This document shows, piece by piece, positions 44,124 through 54,788 of a DNA stretch of 64,000 nt. Origin of the DNA: an uncultured Acidobacteriota bacterium (GTDB lineage Bacteria; Acidobacteriota; Vicinamibacteria; Vicinamibacterales; UBA2999). The notes beneath the pieces are model-generated. The model did no database searches. It worked only from the letters and a program-made list of their open reading frames with translations, and had not been told where the DNA came from. Location of the stretch: assembly GCA_963742105.1 (NCBI GenBank), contig CAVUKN010000007.1, positions 777,979 to 841,978 of the forward strand. The letters run 5' to 3'. Position numbers and translations under genes: made by a program. Every line of letters begins with the position of its first letter. Position 1 is the stretch's first letter.

Positions 44124-44252
44124 CCGTCAACTCGGCTCTTAACCAGCCTTTCCTTCGCTGCTGGCATGAGTTGCCTCTTCAAGATTCCGATTGTCACGCA
44201 GTGTCCGCTGGCGAACGCATGTCCCACGTTCGGATGAGTCGAGGTGGCGTCT

Positions 44253-45299
44253 TCACCCCTCGAGACGGCGACCGTCGGCGGCGAAGAGGTGCTCGCGATC
44301 GGGAACGAAGCGCACGCCAACCATATCGCCAGAACGCGCGTCACAGCGACCTGTATCCGTGACCGCGAGCCGCGTGGTGTCGTTGCACCGGACGTGAACC
44401 ACCGTCGTGTGACCGAGTGGCTCGACGACCTCCACGGTTCCGACGAGCGCACCGTCGGCAGGGGACACGAGCGTTACGTCCTGCGGACGAATGCCAACGC
44501 ACAGGCGCTCGTTGGCGAGCCGTTCGCCGAATGCGCCGGCGAAGGCGGCGCGAGCCGTGTCCCCCTCTAACAGGTTCATTGGCGGCGATCCGATGAACGT
44601 CGCCACGAATCGGTTCGCCGGGCGGTCGTAGAGTTCCTGCGGCGTGGCGACCTGTTCGAGGTGCCCCTCACGCAATACGGCGATCCGCTGGCCCAGCGTC
44701 ATGGCCTCCTCCTGGTCATGGGTGACGTAGATCATCGTGGCGGCCAGTCGATGGTGCAGCGCGACTAGTTCGGTGCGGGTCCTGCCGCGTAGTTGCGGGT
44801 CCAAGTTGGAGAGCGGTTCGTCGAACAGGAACGCCCGAGGATGGCGGACGATGGCGCGGCCGAGCGCCACGCGCTGGCGCTCGCCGCCCGACAATACCGC
44901 CGGCTTGCGGTCCAGGTGGGGGCGTAAGCCAAGCGAGTCGGCCACTCGCTGCACGCGGGCGTCGATCTCATCGCCGTCGATGCCACGCATGCGCAAACCG
45001 AAGCTGAGATTGGCGCGAACCGTCATGTGCGGATACAGGGCATAGCTCTGGAACACCATGGCGAGATCACGAGACTCGGGAGGCATGTCCGTGACATCCA
45101 CGTCGCCGATGCGCACGCGTCCGCCCGTGGGCACGTCGAGGCCGGCAATGAGCCGGAGCACCGTGCTCTTGCCGCTGCCGGACGGCCCGACGATCGCGAG
45201 CCGCTCGCCGTCGGCGATTTCAATGGACAGACCAGCCAGTGCGGCACGTGCCGCCCCGGCATGGACCTTCCGCAGGTCTTCGAGCGCGATCGCCGCCAC
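44253..45299 (-). CDS. sugar ABC importer ATPase (MalK-like)
   Basis: GPSGSGKST, VFQSYALYPHM, LSGGERQR, FDEPLSNLD, FIGSPPMN. Confidence 0.95.
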   Translation of the reverse strand: MAAIALEDLRKVHAGAARAALAGLSIEIADGERLAIVGPSGSGKSTVLRLIAGLDVPTGGRVRIGDVDVTDMPPESRDLAMVFQSYALYPHMTVRANLSFGLRMRGIDGDEIDARVQRVADSLGLRPHLDRKPAVLSGGERQRVALGRAIVRHPRAFLFDEPLSNLDPQLRGRTRTELVALHHRLAATMIYVTHDQEEAMTLGQRIAVLREGHLEQVATPQELYDRPANRFVATFIGSPPMNLLEGDTARAAFAGAFGERLANERLCVGIRPQDVTLVSPADGALVGTVEVVEPLGHTTVVHVRCNDTTRLAVTDTGRCDARSGDMVGVRFVPDREHLFAADGRRLEG

Positions 45300-45302
45300 G
45301 TT

Positions 45303-46115
45303 CTATCCCTTCACCGCGCCTGTCGTGAGCCCTTTCACGATTCGTCGTTGGAACGTAAGTACGACGACAGCGACAGGCACGGAGGCAACGACGGCCGCAG
45401 CGAGAATCTGTCCCCATGGCACCTGATACCGCCCCTGCAGCAACACAATCGCGACGGGGACCGTTTGCCGATTCGGACTGACCGTGAATGACAGCGCGAA
45501 CAGGAACTCGTTCCAGGCGTACAGAAACGTCAGGATGGCCGTGGTTGCAATCGCGGGCGCGGCGAGGGGTACGGCGACTTCCAACGCTGCGCGTAATCGG
45601 CTGGCGCCATCCAGCCGCGCCGCCTCCTCGAGATCGGCCGGCAGTTGCCGGAAGAAGCCGGTCATGAGCCACACCGCCAGCGGCATGGCAAAGGTGAGAT
45701 ACGGCAGCACGAGGCCTGGGATCGTGTCGATCAGGCCGAGCGAGCGCAGGATCAGGAACAATGACGGAACGATCGACACCTGCGGAAAAGTCGATATTGC
45801 CAGCACCGCGGCCATCAGTGCTCGCTTGAACCGAAAGTGCAACCGGGCCATCGCATATGCGCAAGGTACCGCGACCAACAGCGCCAGCAGCGTTGTAGTG
45901 CTGGCGACCACGATCGAGGTGACCACCGGCTGCCAGAATCGACGTTCGGCGAAGAGCGCGCCGTAGTGATCCCAGTTGAAGCCGGTCGAAGCGGTCGCGG
46001 TCGCGTCGTAGAGCGCAGACTCCGGCCGTAGCGACGCGAGCACCATCCAGCACAGCGGCAGCGACCAGAGCGCGAGGACCCCGATCATCGCCACGCGTCT
46101 GATCAGTGCCATCAT
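45303..46115 (-). CDS. carbohydrate ABC permease (MalG-like)
   Basis: LEEAARLDGAS, AWNEFLFA, VPWGQI.AA. Confidence 0.93.
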   Translation of the reverse strand: MMALIRRVAMIGVLALWSLPLCWMVLASLRPESALYDATATASTGFNWDHYGALFAERRFWQPVVTSIVVASTTTLLALLVAVPCAYAMARLHFRFKRALMAAVLAISTFPQVSIVPSLFLILRSLGLIDTIPGLVLPYLTFAMPLAVWLMTGFFRQLPADLEEAARLDGASRLRAALEVAVPLAAPAIATTAILTFLYAWNEFLFALSFTVSPNRQTVPVAIVLLQGRYQVPWGQILAAAVVASVPVAVVVLTFQRRIVKGLTTGAVKG

Positions 46116-47023
46116 CTCGCCGCCCTCGCCGGAGCTCCGAGCATGCGCACGTAGACCAGCGCCAGGCAGAACCCGATCGCGAAGACGATCACCGACAGCG
46201 CCGAGCCGTACCCGAATCGCAGGTTCTGCAGGAGTGACGTGAAGGCATACATCGAGACGACTTCCGTCGACGTGCCCGGACCGCCGCCGGTAAGCACGAA
46301 GACGAGATCGAAGACGCGGAACGCATCCAGCGTTCGGAAGACGAGCGCAACCACGATTGCCGGCTTCAGGAGCGGGAGCGTGATGTGAAAGAAACGCTGT
46401 ACGGCCGACGCTCCGTCGAGCCTTGCGGCTTCGTCGACCGCGCGGTCGATGGCCTGCAGGCCCGCCAGCAGTACCAGCGCGACGAATGGCGTCGTCTTCC
46501 ACACTTCGGCAAGTGCGATCGGCACCCAGGCGGAACGCGAGCCAGCAAGCCAGTCCGTATTCGAGGATCCCTGCACCATCCACGCGAGGAGCCGGGCCGC
46601 GGGTCCGGCCTGGTCGGTGAACATCAACCTCCAGATCAGCGCGCTCACGACCGTCGGCAGCGCCCAGGGCAGCAGGACGACGACTCGCGCAATCCCGCGG
46701 AATCGAAGAAGAGAGTCGAGTGTCAGCGCCAGCAGGAGTCCGAACACAAGCTCGATCGCGACGGTGACCATCGTGAAGCCGGCCGTGTGCGCCAGCGCCT
46801 GCCGAAAGCGCACATCCGAAGCGGCTTCCCTGTAGTTGTCCAGCCCGATGAACGTCTGGCCCAACCACGGAAGACGCAAATCGTGGCTGAAGAGCGATTC
46901 CCAGACGGTTGCGAGGAGTGGACCCAATGCCATGAGTGCGAGCAGCGAGAGTGCCGGCGTCATCAGCAGCCAGGCCAACCGCCTCTCGGGAAACTCGAGG
47001 GTCCGCCGCGCCGATCGGCTCAA
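46112..47023 (-). CDS. carbohydrate ABC permease (MalF-like)
   Basis: FIGLDNY, WKTTPF, EAARLDGAS, GGGPG.ST; TTG start overlapping the binding-protein stop. Confidence 0.92.
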   Translation of the reverse strand: MSRSARRTLEFPERRLAWLLMTPALSLLALMALGPLLATVWESLFSHDLRLPWLGQTFIGLDNYREAASDVRFRQALAHTAGFTMVTVAIELVFGLLLALTLDSLLRFRGIARVVVLLPWALPTVVSALIWRLMFTDQAGPAARLLAWMVQGSSNTDWLAGSRSAWVPIALAEVWKTTPFVALVLLAGLQAIDRAVDEAARLDGASAVQRFFHITLPLLKPAIVVALVFRTLDAFRVFDLVFVLTGGGPGTSTEVVSMYAFTSLLQNLRFGYGSALSVIVFAIGFCLALVYVRMLGAPARAAR

Positions 47024-48300
47024 TGAGAGTCCCCGTCGAGTCCGGCACGCCGAAGAATCACTCGGAGGCGATCGGCGGCGAGGGCGAGGGCCTCGCCCGG
47101 TCGCTCCTGATCGGTGAGCGCGCGATGCAGGTGAACCTGCAATTCGCTGGAGAGCTCCGTATAGACAGGCGTTACCGGTCTCGGAACAGCCGCGTCGATG
47201 ATCCGCCGGGCATCTTCCGGCGGCACGGGCAGCGCGTCCGCCAGCGTGCCCCCGGTGTACAGGGTGGGTCGTGCCGGAAACTGACCGGTAGCCTGCGCGC
47301 GCTCGATCAGCTGTCCCGGCGCGGTCAGGTAGTCGATCAGCCGCCACGCTGACGCGGCGTGCCGGCTGCGTGCGTTGATCGCCAGTTGGGCGCCTCCGAG
47401 CGCGGCTGCTCGCCGCCCGCCCGCCGTCGGCATTGGCACGACGGCGAAGCGGTGCCGCACAGTGGCGTCTGTTCCGTTCATGAGCGAGGCGGCATACGGC
47501 CAGTTGCGCAGGAACAGCGCGGTGCCGTTCTGAAATGCGAAACGCGTCTGCTCCTCCTGCCAGGTGAGCACCGAGCGCGGAACGACACCGTCGGCGATAG
47601 ACTGTCGCATGAACGTCAACGCGCGCACGGCTTCGCGAGAGTCCACGACCACGGCACCAGCATCATCAAGAATCCGGCCTCCGAAGGCTGTGAGGTACTC
47701 GAGGAACACGCAGACCAGCCCCTCGTAGCGTGCGCCCTGCCAGACGAAGCCTTGCGAGACGGCTCCCAGGGCCAGTTGGCCACGGACGGACGCAGCGAGC
47801 TCGTCGAAGGTCGCTGGTGGGCGCGCCAGCAGGTCGGTTCGCCAGTACAACATACCGACGTCGACGAACCAGGGCACCGCAAACAGTCGGCCCTGCCACC
47901 GATTAGCCGCGATGGTCGCTGGAAAGAAGTCGGTGGTATCCGGCGCGAATCGATCGAGCGGAAGAATCCAACCTGCCGCCGCGAACTCGGGCGTCCAGAT
48001 GACGTCGAGCTGCAACACATCCGGTTGCGGGGACCACGCGTTCAGCCACTGCACGTACAGCTGGTGACGCGCGTCGGCCGAGTCCGGTGTGACGCGAACA
48101 TCGACCGGCAACTCGGGATGAAGCTTCGCGAACCGCTCGATCTGACGGCGAACGATCGCACCCTCGGCGCCGAGCACGCTTCCGGAAAACGTCAGGACGT
48201 CTGGTTCTGCCCGGCAAGCCGACACGGACACGGCAATGGCCGTGAGCAGCACCCAGCACCGGCGCTGCAGTGCCACGTGATGTCTTCGACTCGACCTCAC
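47020..48300 (-). CDS. sugar ABC substrate-binding lipoprotein (trehalose/maltose-binding-like)
   Basis: Lipobox VSAC, DVIWTPEFA, YEGLVC, FLRNWPY, LGG.QLAIN, PRPVTP.Y. Start may be downstream of 48300. Confidence 0.88.
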   Translation of the reverse strand: MRSSRRHHVALQRRCWVLLTAIAVSVSACRAEPDVLTFSGSVLGAEGAIVRRQIERFAKLHPELPVDVRVTPDSADARHQLYVQWLNAWSPQPDVLQLDVIWTPEFAAAGWILPLDRFAPDTTDFFPATIAANRWQGRLFAVPWFVDVGMLYWRTDLLARPPATFDELAASVRGQLALGAVSQGFVWQGARYEGLVCVFLEYLTAFGGRILDDAGAVVVDSREAVRALTFMRQSIADGVVPRSVLTWQEEQTRFAFQNGTALFLRNWPYAASLMNGTDATVRHRFAVVPMPTAGGRRAAALGGAQLAINARSRHAASAWRLIDYLTAPGQLIERAQATGQFPARPTLYTGGTLADALPVPPEDARRIIDAAVPRPVTPVYTELSSELQVHLHRALTDQERPGEALALAADRLRVILRRAGLDGDSH

Positions 48301-48348
48301 TGGACCTTCACGATAACCTCAGTCGCGGAATTCAAGGATGCTTCAGCC

Positions 48349-48864
48349 ATGACGCCACCGCCGTCACTGCGAATCGAACCGATTCCCGGGTATTCGCCAA
48401 CGATTGGACGACTCGTCGGCATGCTGACCTACAGCAGGTCGACGACGCTCGCGGCCGTGCAGGGATTGACGATGGCGCAGCTCGATCACCTGCACGACGA
48501 CCGCAGCAATTCGATCGCCGCACTCCTCGCGCACATCTGCGTCGTCGAGCAGTCGTATCAGGTCCTGACGTTCGAACATCGGCCGCTGTCGACGGAGGAG
48601 AACGAGCGCTGGGCGACGGCGTTGAAACTCGGTGAGAGCGGCCGGCTCACGCTGCGGGAACGCCCGCTGGAGCACTACGTCGAACAGTTGACCGCCGTGC
48701 GGCAGAAGACGCTGGACGGCCTGGCGGCGCGCGACGATGCATGGTTGGAGCAGGCCGTGAGTCCGGCGCCACGGATCAACGCGCACTGGGCCTGGTTTCA
48801 CGTGGCCGAAGACGAGATCAACCATCGCGGGCAGATCCGCTGGCTGCGCTCGCGGCTGCCGTGA
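48349..48864 (+). CDS. DinB-family protein
   Basis: IGRLVGML, NSIAALLAH, WFHVAEDEINHRGQI. Confidence 0.88.
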   Translation: MTPPPSLRIEPIPGYSPTIGRLVGMLTYSRSTTLAAVQGLTMAQLDHLHDDRSNSIAALLAHICVVEQSYQVLTFEHRPLSTEENERWATALKLGESGRLTLRERPLEHYVEQLTAVRQKTLDGLAARDDAWLEQAVSPAPRINAHWAWFHVAEDEINHRGQIRWLRSRLP

Positions 48865-48888
48865 GGAGGAGAACGGGGAGAACGGGGA

Positions 48889-49254
48889 GACGGAGCAAAC
48901 GGTTTCACAAACGGAGGAACGAAGGAACGGGGACGAACGGGGGCGGAGCGAAGCGCGACATGCCCAGGGGCAGCGCTGCTGACGGCCCGCATCGCGGGCC
49001 GTCGATCGCACGACGACACGCGGAACAAACCGTCACATGAATCACCAAGACGGCTGTTTCCGCGTGTCGTCGTGCGATCGGAGCCGCCTTCGGCGGCCAG
49101 CAGCGCTCGGTGAGTGCTGTCGCAAGATTCCCAAGCCCGTCACGCTCAGGCGAGTGGAACTTGCGGGAGGTGAGCGGCATGCGCGTAGCCATGTGGCCCG
49201 TTCCGTTCGTCCCCGTTTCCCCGTTGCTCCGTTTGTGATCCCGTTCTCTCCGTC
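48889..49254. repeat. composite palindromic intergenic element (MITE/REPIN-like or structured RNA)
   Basis: 52-bp outer inverted repeats (44/52 match) enclosing a four-way arrangement of perfect stems; see findings. Confidence 0.85.
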
Positions 49255-49287
49255 ACCCTCCGTCTGTGTCAGAGCACGACCCAGGAT

Positions 49288-50409
49288 ATGGATACCTACG
49301 ACTGCATCGTGCTCGGGGTTGGCGGCTTCGGCAGTGCCGCGGCGTATCACGCGTCTCATCGCGGCGCGAAGGTGCTCGGGCTCGAGCAGTTCGGCCCGGT
49401 CCACGATCGCGGCAGCTCGCACGGTGAGTCGCGGATCATCCGGCGGGCGTACTTCGAGCATCCCGACTACGTCCCGCTGGTGGATGCGGCGTACCGGATG
49501 TGGACGGAACTCGAGGAGGTTGCTGGCCGCACGCTCTTCAACCGGTCCGGGCTCCTGCTGTCGGGGCCCGCGGCCGGTGGCGTTATCAGCGGTACGCGTC
49601 GCGCGGTGAGAGCGCATCGGCTCGATATTCGTGAGCTGACGGCGGCGGAAGCCCGCCGCCGCTTCCCGGTGTTTCGATTCGCGGAGGATCATGAGGTCCT
49701 CTACGAACCGGACGCCGGTTATCTGCGCGTGGAAGCCTGCGTCCAGGCGCACATCGAGCAGGCAACGCGCGCCGGTGCGCACCTCAGGTTCGGCGAGACG
49801 TGCCTGGCGTGGCAATCGGACGGCAACACGGTCCAGGTGACGACCGAGCGAGGAAGGTACGAAGCTGCAGGTTTGATCGTCACCGCTGGCGCGTGGGCGG
49901 CGCGGGTGTTGGCCGACCTCGACCTTCCGCTCACCGTATTGCGGAAAGTGCAGTTCTGGCATGCGGTGAATCCGCCCTCCCTGGCCGCGCATGAAGCCTC
50001 ACCGGCATTCCTGTTCGATCTACCGGGCGGGACGTTCTACGGCTTTCCCTGTATCGATGGCGACACGGTCAAGGTTGCCGAACACTCAGGCGGAACGCCC
50101 GTCGAGGATCCGGCCGGCGTCGATCGCGCGTGCCACGAGGATGACATCTCGCCGGTCCAGCAGTTCGTTCGCATGGTAACGCCTAACCTTGCGCCACGAC
50201 CGCAATCGCACGCCGTGTGCCTGTACACCATGGCTCCGCGCGAGCGCTTCATCGTCGATCGCCACCCCAGATTCCGGAACGTCATCGTGGCGGCGGGATT
50301 TTCCGGACACGGATTCAAGTTCACCTCCGCCATCGGACGTGCGCTTGCCGACCTGGCGCTGGGCGACACCACTTCGCTCCCGATTGGGTTTCTGTCGATG
50401 GGGGAGTAG
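49288..50409 (+). CDS. solA: N-methyl-L-tryptophan oxidase / monomeric sarcosine oxidase family
   Basis: GVGGFG, GSSHGESRIIR.AYFE, CLYT (FAD-linked Cys position), GFSGHGFKF. Confidence 0.88.
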   Translation: MDTYDCIVLGVGGFGSAAAYHASHRGAKVLGLEQFGPVHDRGSSHGESRIIRRAYFEHPDYVPLVDAAYRMWTELEEVAGRTLFNRSGLLLSGPAAGGVISGTRRAVRAHRLDIRELTAAEARRRFPVFRFAEDHEVLYEPDAGYLRVEACVQAHIEQATRAGAHLRFGETCLAWQSDGNTVQVTTERGRYEAAGLIVTAGAWAARVLADLDLPLTVLRKVQFWHAVNPPSLAAHEASPAFLFDLPGGTFYGFPCIDGDTVKVAEHSGGTPVEDPAGVDRACHEDDISPVQQFVRMVTPNLAPRPQSHAVCLYTMAPRERFIVDRHPRFRNVIVAAGFSGHGFKFTSAIGRALADLALGDTTSLPIGFLSMGE

Positions 50410-50597
50410 CTGCTTAAGGCCTCGTCGGGCGCCAGTGCAGTCTAAGAACATCGACGGCATCTGCGGCAATAACGAGGGCCGCTGGCCGCGAAGCATCCGG
50501 CACAACTCGGGATGCGGTTGACGGCAAGCTATGGGACCGGCGGTGATGGCCGGCCCGCGGCGCAGGTCGAGCTTGGTCGCGATGCGACACTGAAGGC

Positions 50598-51188
50598 ATG
50601 GCGCAGCTCACGCTGTTCGAGGCGCCTGAAGGCGTGTTGGCCGACGATCATCGGGGTCGAATCACCTACGCGCGCGATTTCGTGAGCGCAGCTGTCGCGG
50701 CGGCCTGGTTCACCGAACTGCGGGATGCGGTGAGCTGGCGCGCGATTCGGCGGCAGATGTACGAGCGCGAGGTGGACGTGCCCCGACTGGTGGCGTCGTA
50801 TCGCCTCGACGCGCCAGTCGAGTCCATTCCCGCCCCGATCCTCGACGCTGCGGGACAGGTGACGCAGCGAATTGGTGCACCGTTCAACACCGTTGGACTG
50901 AATCGCTACCGTGACGGGCGCGACAGCGTGGCGCCTCACAACGACCATCTCTATGAGCTGCGCGCGGGCTTCCCCATTGCGCTGCTCTCACTGGGGGCGA
51001 CACGCCGCATGACCATCCGCGCGAAGTCGGCGCCACGGAGGGTGCTGCCCATCGATTTGGAGGCGGGCAGTCTGCTGGTGATGGACTACGCGACGCAGCA
51101 GCATTACGACCACGGTGTCCCGAAAACGCGCGACCCGGTGGGCGAGCGCATCAGCCTTGCGTTTCGCGTCAGGCCGGAGGCGACGTAG
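50598..51188 (+). CDS. AlkB-family 2OG-Fe(II) dioxygenase
   Basis: VPRL, NRYRDGRDSVAPHND (HxD), LSLGATR, HGVPK, RISLAFR. Confidence 0.9.
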   Translation: MAQLTLFEAPEGVLADDHRGRITYARDFVSAAVAAAWFTELRDAVSWRAIRRQMYEREVDVPRLVASYRLDAPVESIPAPILDAAGQVTQRIGAPFNTVGLNRYRDGRDSVAPHNDHLYELRAGFPIALLSLGATRRMTIRAKSAPRRVLPIDLEAGSLLVMDYATQQHYDHGVPKTRDPVGERISLAFRVRPEAT

Positions 51189-51285
51189 GCGGTGCGTGGT
51201 AGGTGGTCGGTGGTCGTCGGGCGAGCCTTCAGGCCCGTCGCTTCAGGCCCGCTGGCGCAACGGTCCTTGTGTAGACTTGCGCATC

Positions 51286-52347
51286 ATGAGGATACGGACC
51301 ACGGCTTTTCTGGCGGCCTTTGCCACGGCTGTTATTGCCATCGGCTCGCTCCACGCTCAGGTCCCTGCTGCGGTGCCGGCGTCATCGCCGGCAGGAACGG
51401 TCGAGCAGATCACGGTTCACGGCAAGTCGCTCGAGGGCAATTTGAACGGCGACAGCGCCGACCGCACGGTGATCGTGTACCTGCCGCCCGGCTACCAGAC
51501 CGACACCTCGCGGCGCTATCCGGTCGTGTACCTGCTGCACGGCTATGGTCTGCAGGTATCGGGGTGGATGCGGATCTTCCGCATCGAGAACGGCCTGAAC
51601 CGGGCGATGACCGGCGCGGGTACCGGTGAGCGCGCCCGCGACATGATCGTCGTCAATCCCGACGCCTATTCGTTCTTCGACGGCAGCTTCTACTCGAAAT
51701 CAGCGACGGCGGGCGACTGGGAGACGTTCATCGCCGATGAACTCGTGACCTACATCGACAGCCATTACCGCACCGTTGCCCGGCGCGAGAGCCGCGGGCT
51801 CGGGGGCCATTCAATGGGCGGCTACGGCACGATGCGGATCGCCATGAAGCGTCCCGACGTGTTCGGGGCGATGTACGCCCTCTCGGCCTGCTGCGCGCTC
51901 GACAAAGGCGAACCGGGCGAGCAGATGACGACGGCCGGCACCTATACGACCCGCGAGCAGGTGGCCGCCCTGCGCTATCCGAACAAGGGCACGCTGGCGC
52001 GCGCGGCCGCCTGGTCGCCCAATCCGACGAATCCTCCATTCTTCCTCGACCTTCCCGTCAAGGCTGGTGTCGCGCGTCCGGACATTCAGGCGAAATGGCT
52101 GGAGAACTCCGTGATACCGATGCTCGAGAAGTCGGGCAGCAACCTCAAGCGCTACCGCGCGGTGAAGTTCGACGTGGGCACGATGGACAACCTGCTCGCC
52201 ACCAATCAGCAGATCGACGCGGCGATGACGAAGCTCGGCATCCCGCACGTGTTCGAAACCTACGAAGGTGATCACAACGGCAAGATTGCCGAGCGGCTCG
52301 AAACCAAAGTAATGCCGTTCTTCTCGGCCAATCTCGCATCCCAGTAG
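51286..52347 (+). CDS. secreted esterase (alpha/beta hydrolase, CE1-like)
   Basis: Signal peptide, VYLPPGY, YPVVYLLHG, GHSMGGYG, DVGTMD, YEGDH. Confidence 0.88.
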   Translation: MRIRTTAFLAAFATAVIAIGSLHAQVPAAVPASSPAGTVEQITVHGKSLEGNLNGDSADRTVIVYLPPGYQTDTSRRYPVVYLLHGYGLQVSGWMRIFRIENGLNRAMTGAGTGERARDMIVVNPDAYSFFDGSFYSKSATAGDWETFIADELVTYIDSHYRTVARRESRGLGGHSMGGYGTMRIAMKRPDVFGAMYALSACCALDKGEPGEQMTTAGTYTTREQVAALRYPNKGTLARAAAWSPNPTNPPFFLDLPVKAGVARPDIQAKWLENSVIPMLEKSGSNLKRYRAVKFDVGTMDNLLATNQQIDAAMTKLGIPHVFETYEGDHNGKIAERLETKVMPFFSANLASQ

Positions 52348-52395
52348 GGCCGGGCCTCAGCCCCGCCGTGCAGTAGCGCGGGGCTTCAGCCCGCG
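52344..52395 (+). repeat. tandem GTAG-type REP-like hairpins
   Basis: GTAGGGCCGGGCCTCAGCCCCGCC (overlaps the esterase TAG) and GTAGCGCGGGGCTTCAGCCCGCG. Confidence 0.7.
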
Positions 52396-52432
52396 TCAGG
52401 GCTCCGACATGGACCTGACAAGGTCCGCACCG

Positions 52433-53876
52433 CTACGACGCGGGCGGGAAGCGCAGCTCGAATATCGATCCCCGACCTGGCGTGCTCTCGACGTGCACCG
52501 TCGCCTTTGGCCTCCTCGACCACGGCCAGCACGACGGCCAGCCCGAGTCCCGTTCCCTGTCCGGGCGCTTTCGTCGTGAAGAACGGTTCGAAGAGTCGCG
52601 CCTTCGTCTGTTCGTCGAAACCGCTGCCGGCGTCTTTAACGGCGATGGTCACACGCCGGTCCGGTGCGATGCCTGTCGTGATGGTGATGACGCCCTTGTC
52701 GGCCATCGCGTCCCGTGCGTTCACCACCAGGTTGACGATCGCCTGTTCGAGCTGTCGTTCGTCTACCCGTATGCGCCCGACGGCAGGGGAAAGCTGCAGA
52801 TGCAGCTGGTGAGCCCCCGCGAGTGGACGCATGAACGCCTCGAGTCGTTTCAGCGTGTCGTTCGGGTCCAGGCGGCGCGGCTCGGTGCGTCCTTTGCGGC
52901 TGAAGGTGAGCAGCTGTCGCGTCAGGTGGGCGGCGCGTTCAGCCGCGCCCGAGATCTCGACGAGACCTTGCCGCAACGCGTCGGGCGTCGGATCGGCCAT
53001 CTGCAGCACATCGCAGTGACCCATGATCACCATGAGCGCATTGTTGAAATCGTGCGCGATGCCGCTGGCACACAATCCTATCGTTTCCATCTTCTGCGCG
53101 TGCAGGAACTGCTGCTGCAGCACCTGCCGGTGGGTGATGTCGATCAGCGCGCCGAGAACCCGCAACGCGTTGCCGTCCGCGTTGCGGAAGACATGCGCCT
53201 TGGCCAGGAACCACCGTTCGGTCCCGTCGGGACGGATGACCCGGAACTCGCAGTCAAGGACGTGCTGGGTGGGATTGGTGATGGCTTCATGCACGGTCCT
53301 GGCGACCATCAGCATGTCCTCGGGATGAATGAGATCGAAGTGGGTTCCGAAGCGATGGCCCGCCGGCGTGATGTCGAGGCCGCACAGACGTGCCATTTCC
53401 TCCGACCAGAGCATCTGGTCCGCGACGACGTCCCATTCCCAGAAACCCATCTCGACGGACGCCAGCGCAACACCAAGTTGCTCCCGGCTGCGGCGCAGCT
53501 GATCCTGCGCTGCCCACTCCGACGTCACGTCGCGGACGACACTGACGGCGACGCCATTTGGCAGGCGGGTCGCGGTCAGGTGCACGTAAACGACGCGTCC
53601 GTCGCGATGGAGATAGCGCTTCGCCATCTCGTACGAGGCACGTGCACCCTCGAGGAGCTGACCCAGCAGGATCGCATGGGCACCAATGTCGCCCTGATGG
53701 GTGAACTCAGTGAACGGATGCCCGATCAGGTCCGCCTCGTCGTAGCCGAGCATCGCGCAGAAGGCGGCGTTGCACCGGACGAACCGGCCGTCCCGATCCA
53801 TCAAGGCGATACCGATGGCCGCCGCCTCGAACACGGCGTCGAAAGAGATATCACGCGCACCTGACTCAGAAATCAT
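52433..53876 (-). CDS. cytoplasmic PAS-PAS histidine kinase, frameshift near the 3' end
   Basis: Two PAS domains, HAQKME...GIAHDFNN, NLVVNARDA, DAGSG, FEPFFTTK, GTGLGL. True C-terminus VESTPGRGSIFELRFP ends at TAG 52433 after a shift near 52500. Confidence 0.9.
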
Positions 53877-54010
53877 CGAATGCCTCGGGATTGTCCGGGA
53901 TCAACACCAGGGAGGTTCTGCGGATTGCCGGCCGGGAAACGACACCACGGTGTCGCTCCGGTCACTATGCACAAGCGGAACAGGTTGGCGGCGGTCATAT
54001 AATCCGCCCA

Positions 54011-54788
54011 ATGGGCCGTTGTTCGGGTCGATGGACGATATTCTGCCTCGTGGCGCTGGCGATGGCCAATGCCTGCAGCGCGCCGCCGGCTGCGCCAGCC
54101 CGCTCCTCGCATGCATCGCAAGTACGGCCTGACCGGCGTCTGGGTGGCCGTCGGCACGTTCGGCGACCCCGCAGGTCCGCCGCCCTGGTCGAACACGCCG
54201 TGGCCTGCCAGTCCGCCGTTCACCGACTTCGGGCGCAGTGAATCCGCGCGCCTCTCGGACATCAAGAACGTCGTGCCGTGCCAGCCGGGTGGACCGATCT
54301 TCGCCATGTGGAACCTCGGGCTGTTCCCGATCGAGATCCTCGAAGCGCCCGATCGGATTGTCATCAAGCCCGAGAACAGCGCCCTGCCCCGTCGCATCCA
54401 CCTCGATCGCACGGCTCACCCCGATGACCTCGAACCGTCGTGGATGGGAGATTCCATCGGGCGATGGGACGGCGATGTCCTCGTCGTCGACACCGTCGGC
54501 ACCAATGGGAAGACGCGCGCGATCAACGGCGTCGGCTCGAACGCGCTGGTCAGCGAAGACGATACGGCGCCGCGCCTGCCGGTCAGCGACCAGCTTCACC
54601 TGGTCGAACGGCTGCGGCTCGTGGCCAACGGTGAAGTGCTCGAGGACGAGATGACGATCACCGATCCCAGGAACTACACCGAGCCGATTGTCGTGAAGCA
54701 CTACTGGCAACGGCGACCGGACATCGACGTGCTCGAATATGTGTGCGGCGAGCGGCCGCGTTCGGAAGACGAGGTCAACACGAAATGA
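54011..54788 (+). CDS. exported lipoprotein (DUF6152 partner), frameshift near 5' end
   Basis: Lipobox ANAC; LTGVW, CQPGGP, RRIHLD, WMGDSIGRWDGD.LVVDT, LVERL, DP..YTEP, EYVC.E. Confidence 0.8.

Noticed and set aside
44124-44252. Minus-strand RBS-like AAGAGG plus ATG (44167) antisense to the GT9 3' end, or a c-di-GMP riboswitch
   Set aside because: The peptide has no recognisable features, the GEMM consensus is absent, and the upstream GG-N10-GC match is weak.
45303-47048. 581 aa fused sugar permease ORF
   Set aside because: The N-terminal part is off-frame to the real MalF-like gene; the MalG-like gene has its own RBS and ATG at 46115.
48889-49254. tRNA, tmRNA, RNase P, SRP RNA or autonomous IS
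   Set aside because: No T-loop/anticodon geometry or recognisable conserved motifs, stems are too long and perfect, and there is no transposase ORF. Kept only as an unclassified element.
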